From contig CAZOYI010000255.1 of the NCBI GenBank assembly GCA_964583965.1, forward strand, positions 1 to 62,247: DNA of 62,247 nt, read 5' to 3'. Within the stretch, counting starts at the first letter, position 1. Each line of letters starts with the position of its first letter. This document shows positions 26,529-35,685 of this stretch, one piece after another. Origin of the DNA: an uncultured Caldisericota bacterium (GTDB lineage Bacteria > Caldisericota > Caldisericia > UBA6126). The position numbers and the translations under genes were made by a program. Below the pieces are notes generated by a model. The model was not told the origin of the DNA. It was given only the letters and a program-made list of their open reading frames with translations, and searched no databases.

Positions 26529-27609
26529 TCATGAACTCCTCAATCTGTCGATATGTCAACTCTTTCGCCTCATCAAAACCATTTTCGGTGACTTGTCGGT
26601 ACCACTCCATTGTAATCTTTAGAGCTTTTTCGAGCATCCACGTTGGCTTCCATTGTAGTAATGTAACTGCTTTATGTATATCAAGATGTAACAAATTGGT
26701 TTCATGATAAAGCTTGTCGGTTGCTATCTCATATGTATGATTAGGCCAATATTGAATACATGCTTGGACGACTTCTTCCACGGTGGCTACATCTACTTCT
26801 CTAGGACCAAAATTCCACCCTCCACTATATCTTTGAGGTTCCTGGGCTAATTTTTTCCCAAGCAATACATACCCCGACAAAGGATCCATTACGTGCTGCC
26901 ATGGACGAATGGAAGAGGGACTTCGAAGAGTAAGAGATTTCCCGGCAGAAAAAGCTCTTACCAGATCAGGGATTAAACGATCTTGACCCCAATCTCCTCC
27001 TCCAATGACATTTCCCGCACGAACCGAAGCAATTCCTATAGAAGTATCGTTAAAAAAGGATTTTTGATAAGAAGATACTGCAAGTTCAGCACAACCCTTA
27101 CTAGCACTATATGGATCATAACCCCCCATAGGATCGGTTTCACGATATCCCATGCATTGATTTTGATTTTCGTAGCATTTATCGCTTGTGACAACAATAA
27201 TGGAACGAAGCGGATTGGAAGATTGTTCTTCATTCCATTGTTTTGCGGCTTCTAACACATGAATACTCCCCATTATGTTGGTTTGAAATGTTTCAAGAGG
27301 ATGTTCATATGAAGTCTTCACAATAGGCTGTGCAGCAAGATGAAAAATGTGGTGGGGTTGAAATGACTGTATCTCCCTTTTAACAACTTGAAAATCTCGA
27401 ATATCTCCTCGAGTATCTTGCATCTGAGAAGACAGACCGATAGCTTCAAAATGAGAGGGTTTTGTTGGTATATCGAGTGAAAAACCTTTTAATATCGCTC
27501 CCATAGAAAGAAGCCATGCGCTTAACCAACTCCCTTTAAATCCTGTATGCCCCGTAACAAAAACTCGTTTACCTTTATAGAAAGAAGATAAATTGTGTTT
27601 ATCTCGCAT
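26521..27609 (-). CDS. rfbG: CDP-glucose 4,6-dehydratase
   Basis: VFVTGHTGFKGSWL Rossmann motif. YSASKGCAE (Y-x3-K). Length and position next to rfbF fit. Confidence 0.88.
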   Translation of the reverse strand: MRDKHNLSSFYKGKRVFVTGHTGFKGSWLSAWLLSMGAILKGFSLDIPTKPSHFEAIGLSSQMQDTRGDIRDFQVVKREIQSFQPHHIFHLAAQPIVKTSYEHPLETFQTNIMGSIHVLEAAKQWNEEQSSNPLRSIIVVTSDKCYENQNQCMGYRETDPMGGYDPYSASKGCAELAVSSYQKSFFNDTSIGIASVRAGNVIGGGDWGQDRLIPDLVRAFSAGKSLTLRSPSSIRPWQHVMDPLSGYVLLGKKLAQEPQRYSGGWNFGPREVDVATVEEVVQACIQYWPNHTYEIATDKLYHETNLLHLDIHKAVTLLQWKPTWMLEKALKITMEWYRQVTENGFDEAKELTYRQIEEFMNA

Positions 27610-28564
27610 GGAACACCTCTTGATAATACTGGTGGTACCATTGATATGTTTGGTGCAATCCTTCTTCTAAAGAGACCTTGGCAGACCACCCAAGTTGTTT
27701 CTTTGCTTTGGCAGGATTGCTAACCATATACATTACTTCCATATCGTAGTAAGGTCTTACGTCAAATCGAAATAAAGATGGATCCACTTTTTCTTTCTGC
27801 ATCAGAATGTCAGCAACTTCTAGAAGGCTTGTTCCTACACCTGTTCCGAAATTGAATATGGAACCTGTAGGTTGAGAAGAATTTTTCAGACAGTGTAGTC
27901 CTTCAATGACATCGTCAATATAAATATAGTCGCGAATTTGTTCCCCTGGAGTTAAATCAAGTGGTACTTCGGTATAGGAGGCTTCAATCATAGAGGGTAT
28001 AACATTTTTTGGTTTATCTGCTGGGCCATACACTGTAAAAAGACGAGCGATATGAAGTGGAACGTTTAATTGCTTCGCATACACCACACTAAGGGTTGTT
28101 GTGGCAGCCTTCATAGCCCCATACATATGAACAGGTTGCAATGCCATGGTTTCATTGAGTGGTTTGCGGCCGTGATCACCATATTCATGAGAACTCCCTG
28201 CAATCACAAGCTTGTTTGCTTTGTATCTGGCACAAAAAGATATCATATTCAAGGTGAAAGCAATCCCATCGTCGACAAGATTGTTCTCGTTTTCGGCTGC
28301 AGACAATGTACTGGGGGATGCTAAGTGGTAAACACAATCAAACTGTGGAATGTCTTCTCCTGTTGAAGTGAAACGTAAGGTTCCTTTTCGAAGAGAGTCT
28401 ACGTCTACATATTTTACATCATGCAATCCAATGTTTCGCCAGTTGTCTGGGGATGACACCTTTCTTTGTGCAACGTAAACTTCTGCTTGGTTTTGAAAAG
28501 ACCTTGTTAGGTGGGATCCAATGAAACCGGATGCCCCAGTGATAAGAATTTTTTCTTTTTTCAT
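27599..28564 (-). CDS. NAD-dependent epimerase/dehydratase (extended SDR), probable CDP-4-keto-6-deoxyhexose reductase/epimerase
   Basis: ILITGASGFIGSHL and YGAMKAA (Y-x3-K). Start trimmed to ATG 28564 (MKKEKILITG), 17 nt after the rfbF stop. Confidence 0.85.
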   Translation of the reverse strand: MKKEKILITGASGFIGSHLTRSFQNQAEVYVAQRKVSSPDNWRNIGLHDVKYVDVDSLRKGTLRFTSTGEDIPQFDCVYHLASPSTLSAAENENNLVDDGIAFTLNMISFCARYKANKLVIAGSSHEYGDHGRKPLNETMALQPVHMYGAMKAATTTLSVVYAKQLNVPLHIARLFTVYGPADKPKNVIPSMIEASYTEVPLDLTPGEQIRDYIYIDDVIEGLHCLKNSSQPTGSIFNFGTGVGTSLLEVADILMQKEKVDPSLFRFDVRPYYDMEVMYMVSNPAKAKKQLGWSAKVSLEEGLHQTYQWYHQYYQEVFHAR

Positions 28565-28581
28565 GTCAAACTCACGGGTGT

Positions 28582-29355
28582 TTAATCCCAGTTTTTCCAA
28601 GCAGCATGACCCGTTGCCCATTCCTGTTCAAGAAGTTGTTTATCTCGAAGGGTATCCATACACTGCCAGTATCCTTTGTGAGGAAACACCATCAATTGTT
28701 TTTCCTCTACGAGCTTTTCTAAAGGTTCTCTTTCCCATATGGTTTGATCACCTTGAATAAAAGAAAATACAGAGGGTTCCAATACAAAATAACCACCATT
28801 TATCCATATTTTTTCTTCCATTGGCTTTTCGCGAAATTGGTGTACTAAACCAGTAGAGTCGAATTGAATTAATCCAAAACGGCTTGGTGGTTGCACGGCG
28901 GTCATCGTTGCCTTTTTCCCGTGCTTCTGGTGAAATGTAACTAGTGAAGAAATGTCCACATTGGATAATCCATCACAATAGGTAAGCATAAAAGGATGAT
29001 CTCCAATATATTTCTGCACTCTTTTCACACGGCCTCCTGTGTATGTGTCTAACCCAGTGTCAATCAATGTGATATTCCATTTTTCGGAAAATGTTTCGTG
29101 AACTTCCATGGAGTTGTCTCCAAGATGTAATGTAACATCAGAATGACGGAGAAAGTATTGATGGAAGAATTCTTTAATTTTGTCCCCTTTATAACCCAGG
29201 CAGACAATAAAATCAATATGCCCAAAGCCAGCATAATTTTTCATGATATGCCAGATAATGGGCATCTGGCCAACGTCAATGAGTGGTTTCGGTTTGTTCT
29301 CCGTTTCTTCGCTTAAACGTGTACCATAACCACCTGCCAGAAGAACTACTTTCAT
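28582..29355 (-). CDS. rfbF: Glucose-1-phosphate cytidylyltransferase
   Basis: MKVVLLAGGYGTRLSEETENKPKPL nucleotidyltransferase signature. 257 aa. Confidence 0.9.
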   Translation of the reverse strand: MKVVLLAGGYGTRLSEETENKPKPLIDVGQMPIIWHIMKNYAGFGHIDFIVCLGYKGDKIKEFFHQYFLRHSDVTLHLGDNSMEVHETFSEKWNITLIDTGLDTYTGGRVKRVQKYIGDHPFMLTYCDGLSNVDISSLVTFHQKHGKKATMTAVQPPSRFGLIQFDSTGLVHQFREKPMEEKIWINGGYFVLEPSVFSFIQGDQTIWEREPLEKLVEEKQLMVFPHKGYWQCMDTLRDKQLLEQEWATGHAAWKNWD

Positions 29356-29878
29356 GGTTCATCTCCCAGTTTGTTTTCTCCCATTGTAGAAGAAATTTTT
29401 TTCTGTCAGTGCCTGCAGAAAATCCTCCCATTTTTCCGTTACTGGTAATGACTCTATGACAAGGAATCAGGATGGGCATTGGATTTTTTCTCATACAGTT
29501 TCCAATAAACCTGGCACCATTTTCAATGTATACCATTTGTGCTAAATCTTGATAAGATACAACGTACCCATAAGGAACAATGGAGACAAATCGGTATACT
29601 TTTTGTTCTATGGGTGTTCCAAAGGTCTTTATGGGAAGTTTAAAGTAGCACCGAGTTCCTTGAAAATATTCTTTAATCTGTTTACATGCTTCCATGAGAA
29701 GTGGAAAGTTTCGCAATTTTTCAATCTCTTCGCTTTGAAGAGACTCTTTTAAATACAAAGAAGAAAACAAATCTTCTTTTTCTTGATCCACAAAAGTTAA
29801 GGATTGAATCTCTTCTGTAGTAGCTTGTATTAAAAGACCCCCAATTGGAGTACTTAACGTAGCGGAATTAATTTTCAA
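29276..29878 (-). CDS. ogt: Methylated-DNA--protein-cysteine methyltransferase
   Basis: Active-site IPCHRVI. YGYVVSYQDLA DNA-binding region. TTG start overlapping the upstream stop. The 3' tail overlaps rfbF by 80 nt. Confidence 0.8.
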   Translation of the reverse strand: MKINSATLSTPIGGLLIQATTEEIQSLTFVDQEKEDLFSSLYLKESLQSEEIEKLRNFPLLMEACKQIKEYFQGTRCYFKLPIKTFGTPIEQKVYRFVSIVPYGYVVSYQDLAQMVYIENGARFIGNCMRKNPMPILIPCHRVITSNGKMGGFSAGTDRKKFLLQWEKTNWEMNHESSSSGRWLWYTFKRRNGEQTETTH

Positions 29879-30113
29879 ACTTAGAGTATCCCTTATCGGT
29901 CACCCGAACCAGAGCTCTAAAGTCTTGATTTTTACTAAGAAGTTCAATGTAACCCAAATCTGAAAGAAATCGCAAGTGAAAACGAAGGGTTTCTTCATCA
30001 AGAGATAAAGCTTCCATCAATTCTTTTCCACTTACGATTTGAAAGGGATGTTCTTTGTGAACATCCTTCAAAAATTTCATCAAATCAGACCGGGTATCCA
30101 TCCTAAGGTCCAT
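29868..30113 (-). CDS. Small winged-helix-like protein, hypothetical
   Basis: 81-aa ORF with AAGG SD. The pattern ELMEALSLDEETLRFHLRFLSDLGYIEL resembles a wHTH recognition region. No family recognised. Confidence 0.5.
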   Translation of the reverse strand: MDLRMDTRSDLMKFLKDVHKEHPFQIVSGKELMEALSLDEETLRFHLRFLSDLGYIELLSKNQDFRALVRVTDKGYSKFEN

Positions 30114-30121
30114 ATAAACCT

Positions 30122-30313
30122 TTACGCTTTTTGCACCTTATTTGCTTTTAGGCATTTTGTGCATACCTTCATCGATTTAATACCCCCGTTGGGGAGTTTT
30201 ACTTTCACACATTGCAGGTTTGGCAATGATCTCTTTTTGGTTCGACGATTGGAGTGAGATACATTATTCCCTACCAATGGTCCTTTTCCGCATACATCAC
30301 ATTTTCTAGACAT
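30122..30313 (-). CDS. rpmB: 50S ribosomal protein L28
   Basis: [33 protein letters not shown]... (63 aa). GAGG SD 7 nt upstream. The track's 150-aa ORF is an upstream over-extension. Confidence 0.9.
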   Translation of the reverse strand: MSRKCDVCGKGPLVGNNVSHSNRRTKKRSLPNLQCVKVKLPNGGIKSMKVCTKCLKANKVQKA

Positions 30314-30353
30314 ATCAAACCTCATCAAATTAGTTTCAATTGAAATCATAGTA

Positions 30354-30381
30354 ATTATATGAACGAAGAACAATCCGTCAA
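30354..30381 (-). promoter_or_regulatory. Candidate sigma-A promoter for rpmB (TTGACG-N16-TATAAT on the minus strand)
   Basis: Minus-strand TTGACG at 30381..30376 and TATAAT at 30359..30354, about 40 nt upstream of ATG 30313. Confidence 0.4.
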
Positions 30382-30486
30382 ATGAATACAGTGAATAGTG
30401 AGTACATGCTGATGTCACTACAAAACCCTTATAGTAGTTGCATTTGGAACAAGTCTTTTTACTATGGATAGTGCAGCTGTGTTGTA

Positions 30487-30517
30487 TTGATTTCACAGAG
30501 ATTTCATGAAAAATCAA
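30487..30517. promoter_or_regulatory. Candidate operator upstream of the permease gene
   Basis: Inverted repeat TTGATTT (30487..30493) / AAATCAA (30511..30517). Perfect 10-bp palindrome TTTCATGAAA (30502..30511). Direct repeat GATTTCA at 30489 and 30500, spaced 11 nt. Confidence 0.2.
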
Positions 30518-30545
30518 CCCTCCGTGTAATATGTAAGGAATAGAT

Positions 30546-31646
30546 ATGACAGAAAGTTTCGTCTTATTTTTCAAGAATTTTTATCAGATGTTTGTAGATA
30601 TGAGCTTGTACATGGTGATTGGTTTGCTTTTGGTGGGTTTCCTTCACCAAGTCCTTTCCGAAGAGTGGATTCCGAAACATTTAGGAAAAAAGGGATTCAC
30701 CTCCATATTTAAAGCTTCTGTTTTTGGGGTACCCCTTCCAATATGTTCTTGTGGGGTAATTCCTTTTGCTGTTTTTTTGAAAAAAAGTGGTGCTTCCATT
30801 GGAGCTATCATTTCGTTTTTGATTTCTACGCCTCAAACTGGTGTTGACAGCATAATTGCAACTTATGGTATGATGGGACCTGTTTTTGCAATTTTCCGTC
30901 CCTTGGCCGCATTTGTTTCTGGTATTACAGGTGGTGGACTTATCGAAGCGGCTTCAAATGCATGGAATTTAAATATTCCCTCCAATTCTACCCCTGTAAA
31001 ATGTACCCATTGTCATCCTCAAAAAGAAGAGGACAACTGTGAAGATTCCCAATTCATGAAATCAAGAAACGCACCGAACAAAAAAACAATCGCTACATCT
31101 TTTTTTCGAAATATATTCACCTATGCTTTTCAAGAAATGGTTCAAGACATTGCTCTGTCATTCCTTGTAGGCGTTGCAATAGCAGCTCTCATCACCACTA
31201 TCATTCCTCCCAACTTCTTTTCAAATACAATAGTGGGAAATAGCTTGGTGTCAGGAATGGCTATGATTCTTATCGGTCTTCCTATGTATATTTGCTCTAC
31301 ATCTTCAATTCCGATTGCAATTTCTTTAATTATTGCAGGAATTAATCCTGGAGCTGCTTTTGTATTCCTTTTTGTCGGTCCAGCCACAAATGTAGCTACC
31401 ATAGCAACTCTACAAAAAGCTCTTGGGAAAAAGGTGATTGGTCTGTATTTGTGTGTTCTTGTTTTTATGGCTTTAGCACTAGGTTTTCTATTGGATTGGG
31501 TTTTTGAACAAGTTGGGGTGAATATTTCTCAATTCTTGCTAGAAAAACATACTCACATCATACAATCCCCTTATTATGTCGCCATCGCTATCTTCTTTAT
31601 GCTTGTTTTAATATGGAATCTATGGAGACGTTTTACTCGTAAGTAA
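30546..31646 (+). CDS. Permease of the DUF318/YraQ (ArsP-like) family with a Cys/His-rich loop
   Basis: About 8-10 TM segments. [14 protein letters not shown] motif. Central loop [17 protein letters not shown]. Confidence 0.75.
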   Translation: MTESFVLFFKNFYQMFVDMSLYMVIGLLLVGFLHQVLSEEWIPKHLGKKGFTSIFKASVFGVPLPICSCGVIPFAVFLKKSGASIGAIISFLISTPQTGVDSIIATYGMMGPVFAIFRPLAAFVSGITGGGLIEAASNAWNLNIPSNSTPVKCTHCHPQKEEDNCEDSQFMKSRNAPNKKTIATSFFRNIFTYAFQEMVQDIALSFLVGVAIAALITTIIPPNFFSNTIVGNSLVSGMAMILIGLPMYICSTSSIPIAISLIIAGINPGAAFVFLFVGPATNVATIATLQKALGKKVIGLYLCVLVFMALALGFLLDWVFEQVGVNISQFLLEKHTHIIQSPYYVAIAIFFMLVLIWNLWRRFTRK

Positions 31647-32768
31647 TTTTTCCTCAATTTGCATAAGCATAAAGTTTAATTTCTCATCCCAAGAGGCTGT
31701 TTTTGCAATTTGAAGTCTCTTTTCTTTTTTCAGCATATCCTTTTCTTCCAATGCCTTTTTTACCATTTGTATGCCTTCTTCGTGAGTATGATACAGGTAT
31801 GCAACATGGCTGTATTGTTCTAATTGATGAATTGGAATTGATACACAGGGCTTACCCATAGCACAATACTCAAAAAATTTTAATGGACTGATGTTTAGAG
31901 ATAAATCATTTTGTAAGAAAGGGATAAGACAAACGTCAAAAGTCCCAATCCAGGAAGGAACTTCATTTGGAGGGATAGATCCTGGGAAATGAATACGAGG
32001 ATGGTGAGAAAACTGCGCAGTGAAGGTAGAAGAAGACGGTCCCGCAAGAACAAAATGAACATCTGGAAAGGCTTTAGCAAGAGCGAGTATGAAATCAACA
32101 TCAAACCACTCTTTTAAAGCACCCATGTACCCTATAATAGGATGAGGAATACCCCCCAGGAATGCGGGAGTTTGTCCATCCCAGGAATGGTAAAGAGAGT
32201 ACTCTACTCCATTGGGAACTAGAAATGCGTTTTTCCCGTAGGACTGTAATTTATCTACTAGTGCTTCGGTTGTAGCAAAGACCAGATCGGAAGATTGTAC
32301 CAATTTCTTTTCCAATGCATTAACAAATGGTGCACTTCGAAGACCGGGGTATGCTGAGTGATCGTCAACACAATCATAGACCACAATTGCCCGTGGAAAC
32401 AAGGAAACAAGTGCAGGATAATCCACTAAATAGAACCATACAACGTGGGTGTGAAAACCGTGGACTGCGAGTATTCGTTTTATATGCTTTAAAATTTTGG
32501 ATTGGTTCATTCTGTGAATAAAAGCACTGCGAAGGCCGAAAGGGAAAATGGTGGGAAGTGTAGCGATTCTTAAATTTAGGGGTGTTTCTAGTTTGGGATT
32601 TGGTGCAATATTATTTCCATGAAGCAGTACAGAAAGATAGGTAGAGGGGGGTTCAATGTACAAAACGCGATTCGATTGACTCAATAATGATGCAATCCTT
32701 TGTTTGCGAGTTGGTAATTCATGATATTGCATTGTCGAAAAAATGACAATATCTTTATTTTGAATCAT
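31620..32768 (-). CDS. Glycosyltransferase group 1 (TuaH-like)
   Basis: MIQNKDIVIFSTMQYHELPTRKQRIA N-terminus. C-terminal KFFEYCAMGKPCVS motif. Confidence 0.75.
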   Translation of the reverse strand: MIQNKDIVIFSTMQYHELPTRKQRIASLLSQSNRVLYIEPPSTYLSVLLHGNNIAPNPKLETPLNLRIATLPTIFPFGLRSAFIHRMNQSKILKHIKRILAVHGFHTHVVWFYLVDYPALVSLFPRAIVVYDCVDDHSAYPGLRSAPFVNALEKKLVQSSDLVFATTEALVDKLQSYGKNAFLVPNGVEYSLYHSWDGQTPAFLGGIPHPIIGYMGALKEWFDVDFILALAKAFPDVHFVLAGPSSSTFTAQFSHHPRIHFPGSIPPNEVPSWIGTFDVCLIPFLQNDLSLNISPLKFFEYCAMGKPCVSIPIHQLEQYSHVAYLYHTHEEGIQMVKKALEEKDMLKKEKRLQIAKTASWDEKLNFMLMQIEEKLLTSKTSP

Positions 32769-34134
32769 CCACTTCCCCTAGTCGAATAGACAGTGCGACA
32801 AAAAAGCAGAAGATAACCGACAATGGAACGATTTCCCATAGGTTTTCTGTATACATATTGAGAAACAGAGCAATTGCACCTGTAATCGATCCAGCGATCA
32901 AGCTCTTGTCCTTCTGTGGAGCATTTCGAAAACTCATGAAAAGTAATCGCAAAAGGAAAATAAAAATGAAGAGGAACCCAAGAAATCCTAAAGTACCATA
33001 GTTTGAAAGAATTTGAAGATAATAGTTGTCAGTGTACAATCCAGCATACTCTTGAAATCGATATGCAACGGCTCCACCATAGCTTCCAGGTCCCTGACCA
33101 AGAAATGGTCTTTGTTGTACAAGGTCAAGTGCTAGAGACCAACGATATGTTCTCCCACCTTCAGCACTTTTTAGTTGATATTGCTCAGAAAAAAGGGTGG
33201 AAAATCTTTGCTGGATCGGCGGAACAAAAGCAAGAATGCATATCATAGCAATAAAGACAAAAACTACATAGCTCCCTTTTTTCATCATTAAAAAGAATAC
33301 ACATACGGCAGGTATAAATGCGAGCCACGATGCTCTTGTAAGCGAACTAATCAAACCCCCAATCAGCAATAAGAACAAGAACCAAAACAACATTTTGTGA
33401 GTTTTTTTTATGTTGGTTCGAAAAACAAATCCTAAAGCAATAGGGGCAATCATAATACAATAACCAGAAAAAGCATTAGGACTCCCTAAAAAAGAAAATG
33501 CTCTGGTAAGACCAAATTCTAAATCTTTATCTACCCAGGTTGGAGGAGAAGCAACACCAATAAAGTATTGCACAATACCATATACAGCACAAATTACTCC
33601 TCCTATAACAACAGCAAAAAGTAAACCACGTATTTGGCTTTTGTTTAATGAAGCATTCATAACAAGAAAATAAAACAGAAAGCACTGTACTACAGAGCGC
33701 ATAGCTTCAATAGCTTGAGCAAGAGTTACAGCATCACTGAAAACGGCAGATAAAAGACCAATGCAAAGAAAAAATATGAGAGGATAAATAACAATCGTAA
33801 AACGGAGAAAGGTTTGATTTTTACGAAGACGTTCCAAAAGTATGAAAAAGAATATGAGAAGAAACAATACTTCATCCCATAGCCCAAATAAACCACCTGT
33901 ACCAAAGCTTTTTACATAATAATCAACGAGTACAAAAAAAGGAAGAATAAACAGACCGATGGTTGGTCGAAAGTACAAAAAGAAGACGAATAATCCGAAT
34001 AGAACAATCAGAAGTATTTGCCAACCACCTGCAAAAAAAGCAAAACCCCCAGCAATAATTCCTGCCAGGATATACGGGAGTTCTTGATAAGTGGATGTTA
34101 TATTGTGGGTTGATTTATTTTCAGGTGTATTCAT
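32755..34134 (-). CDS. O-antigen ligase/polymerase-like (Wzy_C family) membrane protein
   Basis: At least 10 TM segments. Loop with GGLISSLTRASWLAF. Start trimmed to ATG 34134, which forms ATGA with the upstream stop. The track start 34161 is a TTG. Confidence 0.78.
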   Translation of the reverse strand: MNTPENKSTHNITSTYQELPYILAGIIAGGFAFFAGGWQILLIVLFGLFVFFLYFRPTIGLFILPFFVLVDYYVKSFGTGGLFGLWDEVLFLLIFFFILLERLRKNQTFLRFTIVIYPLIFFLCIGLLSAVFSDAVTLAQAIEAMRSVVQCFLFYFLVMNASLNKSQIRGLLFAVVIGGVICAVYGIVQYFIGVASPPTWVDKDLEFGLTRAFSFLGSPNAFSGYCIMIAPIALGFVFRTNIKKTHKMLFWFLFLLLIGGLISSLTRASWLAFIPAVCVFFLMMKKGSYVVFVFIAMICILAFVPPIQQRFSTLFSEQYQLKSAEGGRTYRWSLALDLVQQRPFLGQGPGSYGGAVAYRFQEYAGLYTDNYYLQILSNYGTLGFLGFLFIFIFLLRLLFMSFRNAPQKDKSLIAGSITGAIALFLNMYTENLWEIVPLSVIFCFFVALSIRLGEVDDSK

Positions 34135-34673
34135 AGCCAAATCTCTGTAAACCAATGCCAAATTTTACTTTCTTTGAAGAGAGTTTTAGGTTGAATTCGA
34201 ATGTAAGATAGGGAAAACGATAGGATTACAAAAGAAAAGAGAATCAAAACAGAATGCCTAGATAAGCCTTCTCCAAAAAATAGAGTTAAAAGTGTCCACA
34301 AAACTGTATATGCGAACAAAAAAGAAAACAAACAGGCAACTCCATTTTCAGCTACATCCCGTTTCAGTGTTTGAAGGGCATATTGAATCATAGAGGCATG
34401 AAAACATGCAGTGATGTATTTCACAAAAAACGACAGAGCTTGAAAAATCCATGATCGAAAACGATGGATAATATAGCTTTTCCGAAATATTGCAGTGAAA
34501 ACGCAGTGATTATGTTGCATCCATTGAATAAATAGACTGGTCCGACTATATTGCCCAATGACTTGGGCCAAGGTATATCCGTATTGTCGAGTTTTTGAAG
34601 CAGCCCAATATCTTGATAAAGTTTGAAAAAAACGGACAGTATAGCTCTCTTGGAAAAAACAGGTTTTATTCAT
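34131..34673 (-). CDS. Small membrane protein, unknown function
   Basis: 180-aa ORF, basic/aromatic-rich, with 2-3 hydrophobic segments (ACLFSFLFAYTVLWTLLTLFF, VLILFSFVILSFSL). Coupled to both neighbours by overlaps. Confidence 0.5.
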   Translation of the reverse strand: MNKTCFFQESYTVRFFQTLSRYWAASKTRQYGYTLAQVIGQYSRTSLFIQWMQHNHCVFTAIFRKSYIIHRFRSWIFQALSFFVKYITACFHASMIQYALQTLKRDVAENGVACLFSFLFAYTVLWTLLTLFFGEGLSRHSVLILFSFVILSFSLSYIRIQPKTLFKESKIWHWFTEIWL

Positions 34674-35685
34674 CCGATAAAGCTTCCTCGGATTCTTCTT
34701 GTTCTAGAACTGTCACATCTTTCCAATCGGATTCAATGAGCTGATGTAGTTCTTCTTCTTTGGGGACAATAACAGATGTATTGGATACCCAATCCAGTGC
34801 TCCAGGAAAGGCTACGGTGTGAAGATCCTCTTCTGGATTCATCTTATAAAATAACAGAGCAATTCGGAGTAATTCAGATGAATCGATATTGGTTTCCGTG
34901 TATTTTGCAACAATGTTAATAATGCTATTGAAAGTGATCAGGTTTCCAGTGTTTACTATTTTTTTAGCCAGCTCTTTTAGGAAATGTAATTGTCTTGACG
35001 TTCGTCCGTATTGTTTTCCCTGGTAATCCAGGACAAAATCGCCTTGTGCATCCCACCGAAAACGACAATATTGAAGGGCTTTATCACCATCTAGTTTTTG
35101 TTCACCTTCTTTTAGGTTAATAACCGTTTCTGGGTCCGAGGGATCAACATAATACATATCTTTTTCCACAGTATACACAACCCCCCCCAATGCATCTACG
35201 ACTTCTTTAAAAGCTTCAAAGTTCACTTCAATATAGAGTTTTACAGGAATTTTCAACAAGTTTTCCACAGTTTTTAAGGTTAATCCTATTCCCCCATCGG
35301 AAAAATAATACGGATTTAGCGTAGAATTCACCTTATCGTAGCAATCATGTCCAGGAATTTCAATCCAAAGATCGCGAGGGATGGACATAATGCGAACTGT
35401 TTTATTTTTTAAATCCAAATTTGCAACAATCAGTGTGTCTGCTCTCACTCCCAGATTCAATCCATCTCTCTGATCGCATCCAATAACAAGTACATTCATT
35501 CTCCCCGACCAATCAATCGAATACTCTTTTCGGATCTGTTTGCCCTCTTCTGTTTCTGTATTGAAATCGAATAGGATTCGATAGATGAAGTATCCAGCTG
35601 TAGAAACAATAGCTACAATGAGTAGGATCAAAACCCACAGAAAAATGTTTGTTTTCTTTTTTGACTTACTTTCATTGTTTTTCAT
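34666..35685 (-). CDS. LytR-CpsA-Psr (LCP) family glycopolymer-to-peptidoglycan ligase
   Basis: N-terminal TM anchor. NVLVIGCDQRD...RADTLIVANLD...IMSIPRD...GGIGLT motifs. Confidence 0.88.
   Translation of the reverse strand: MKNNESKSKKKTNIFLWVLILLIVAIVSTAGYFIYRILFDFNTETEEGKQIRKEYSIDWSGRMNVLVIGCDQRDGLNLGVRADTLIVANLDLKNKTVRIMSIPRDLWIEIPGHDCYDKVNSTLNPYYFSDGGIGLTLKTVENLLKIPVKLYIEVNFEAFKEVVDALGGVVYTVEKDMYYVDPSDPETVINLKEGEQKLDGDKALQYCRFRWDAQGDFVLDYQGKQYGRTSRQLHFLKELAKKIVNTGNLITFNSIINIVAKYTETNIDSSELLRIALLFYKMNPEEDLHTVAFPGALDWVSNTSVIVPKEEELHQLIESDWKDVTVLEQEESEEALSDE

Noticed and set aside
30314-30574. N-terminal 87 codons of the 150-aa track ORF that contains L28.
   Set aside because: L28 homology starts at [10 protein letters not shown] (ATG 30313), which has its own SD and promoter. 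The upstream part is promoter DNA that happens to be read in frame.
32755-34673. The idea that the 180-aa ORF plus the Wzy/ligase-like ORF is one frameshifted (pseudo)gene.
   Set aside because: The junction is a clean ATGA stop/start overlap (34131..34134), identical to twelve other functional junctions in the window. This cannot be fully excluded without homologues.
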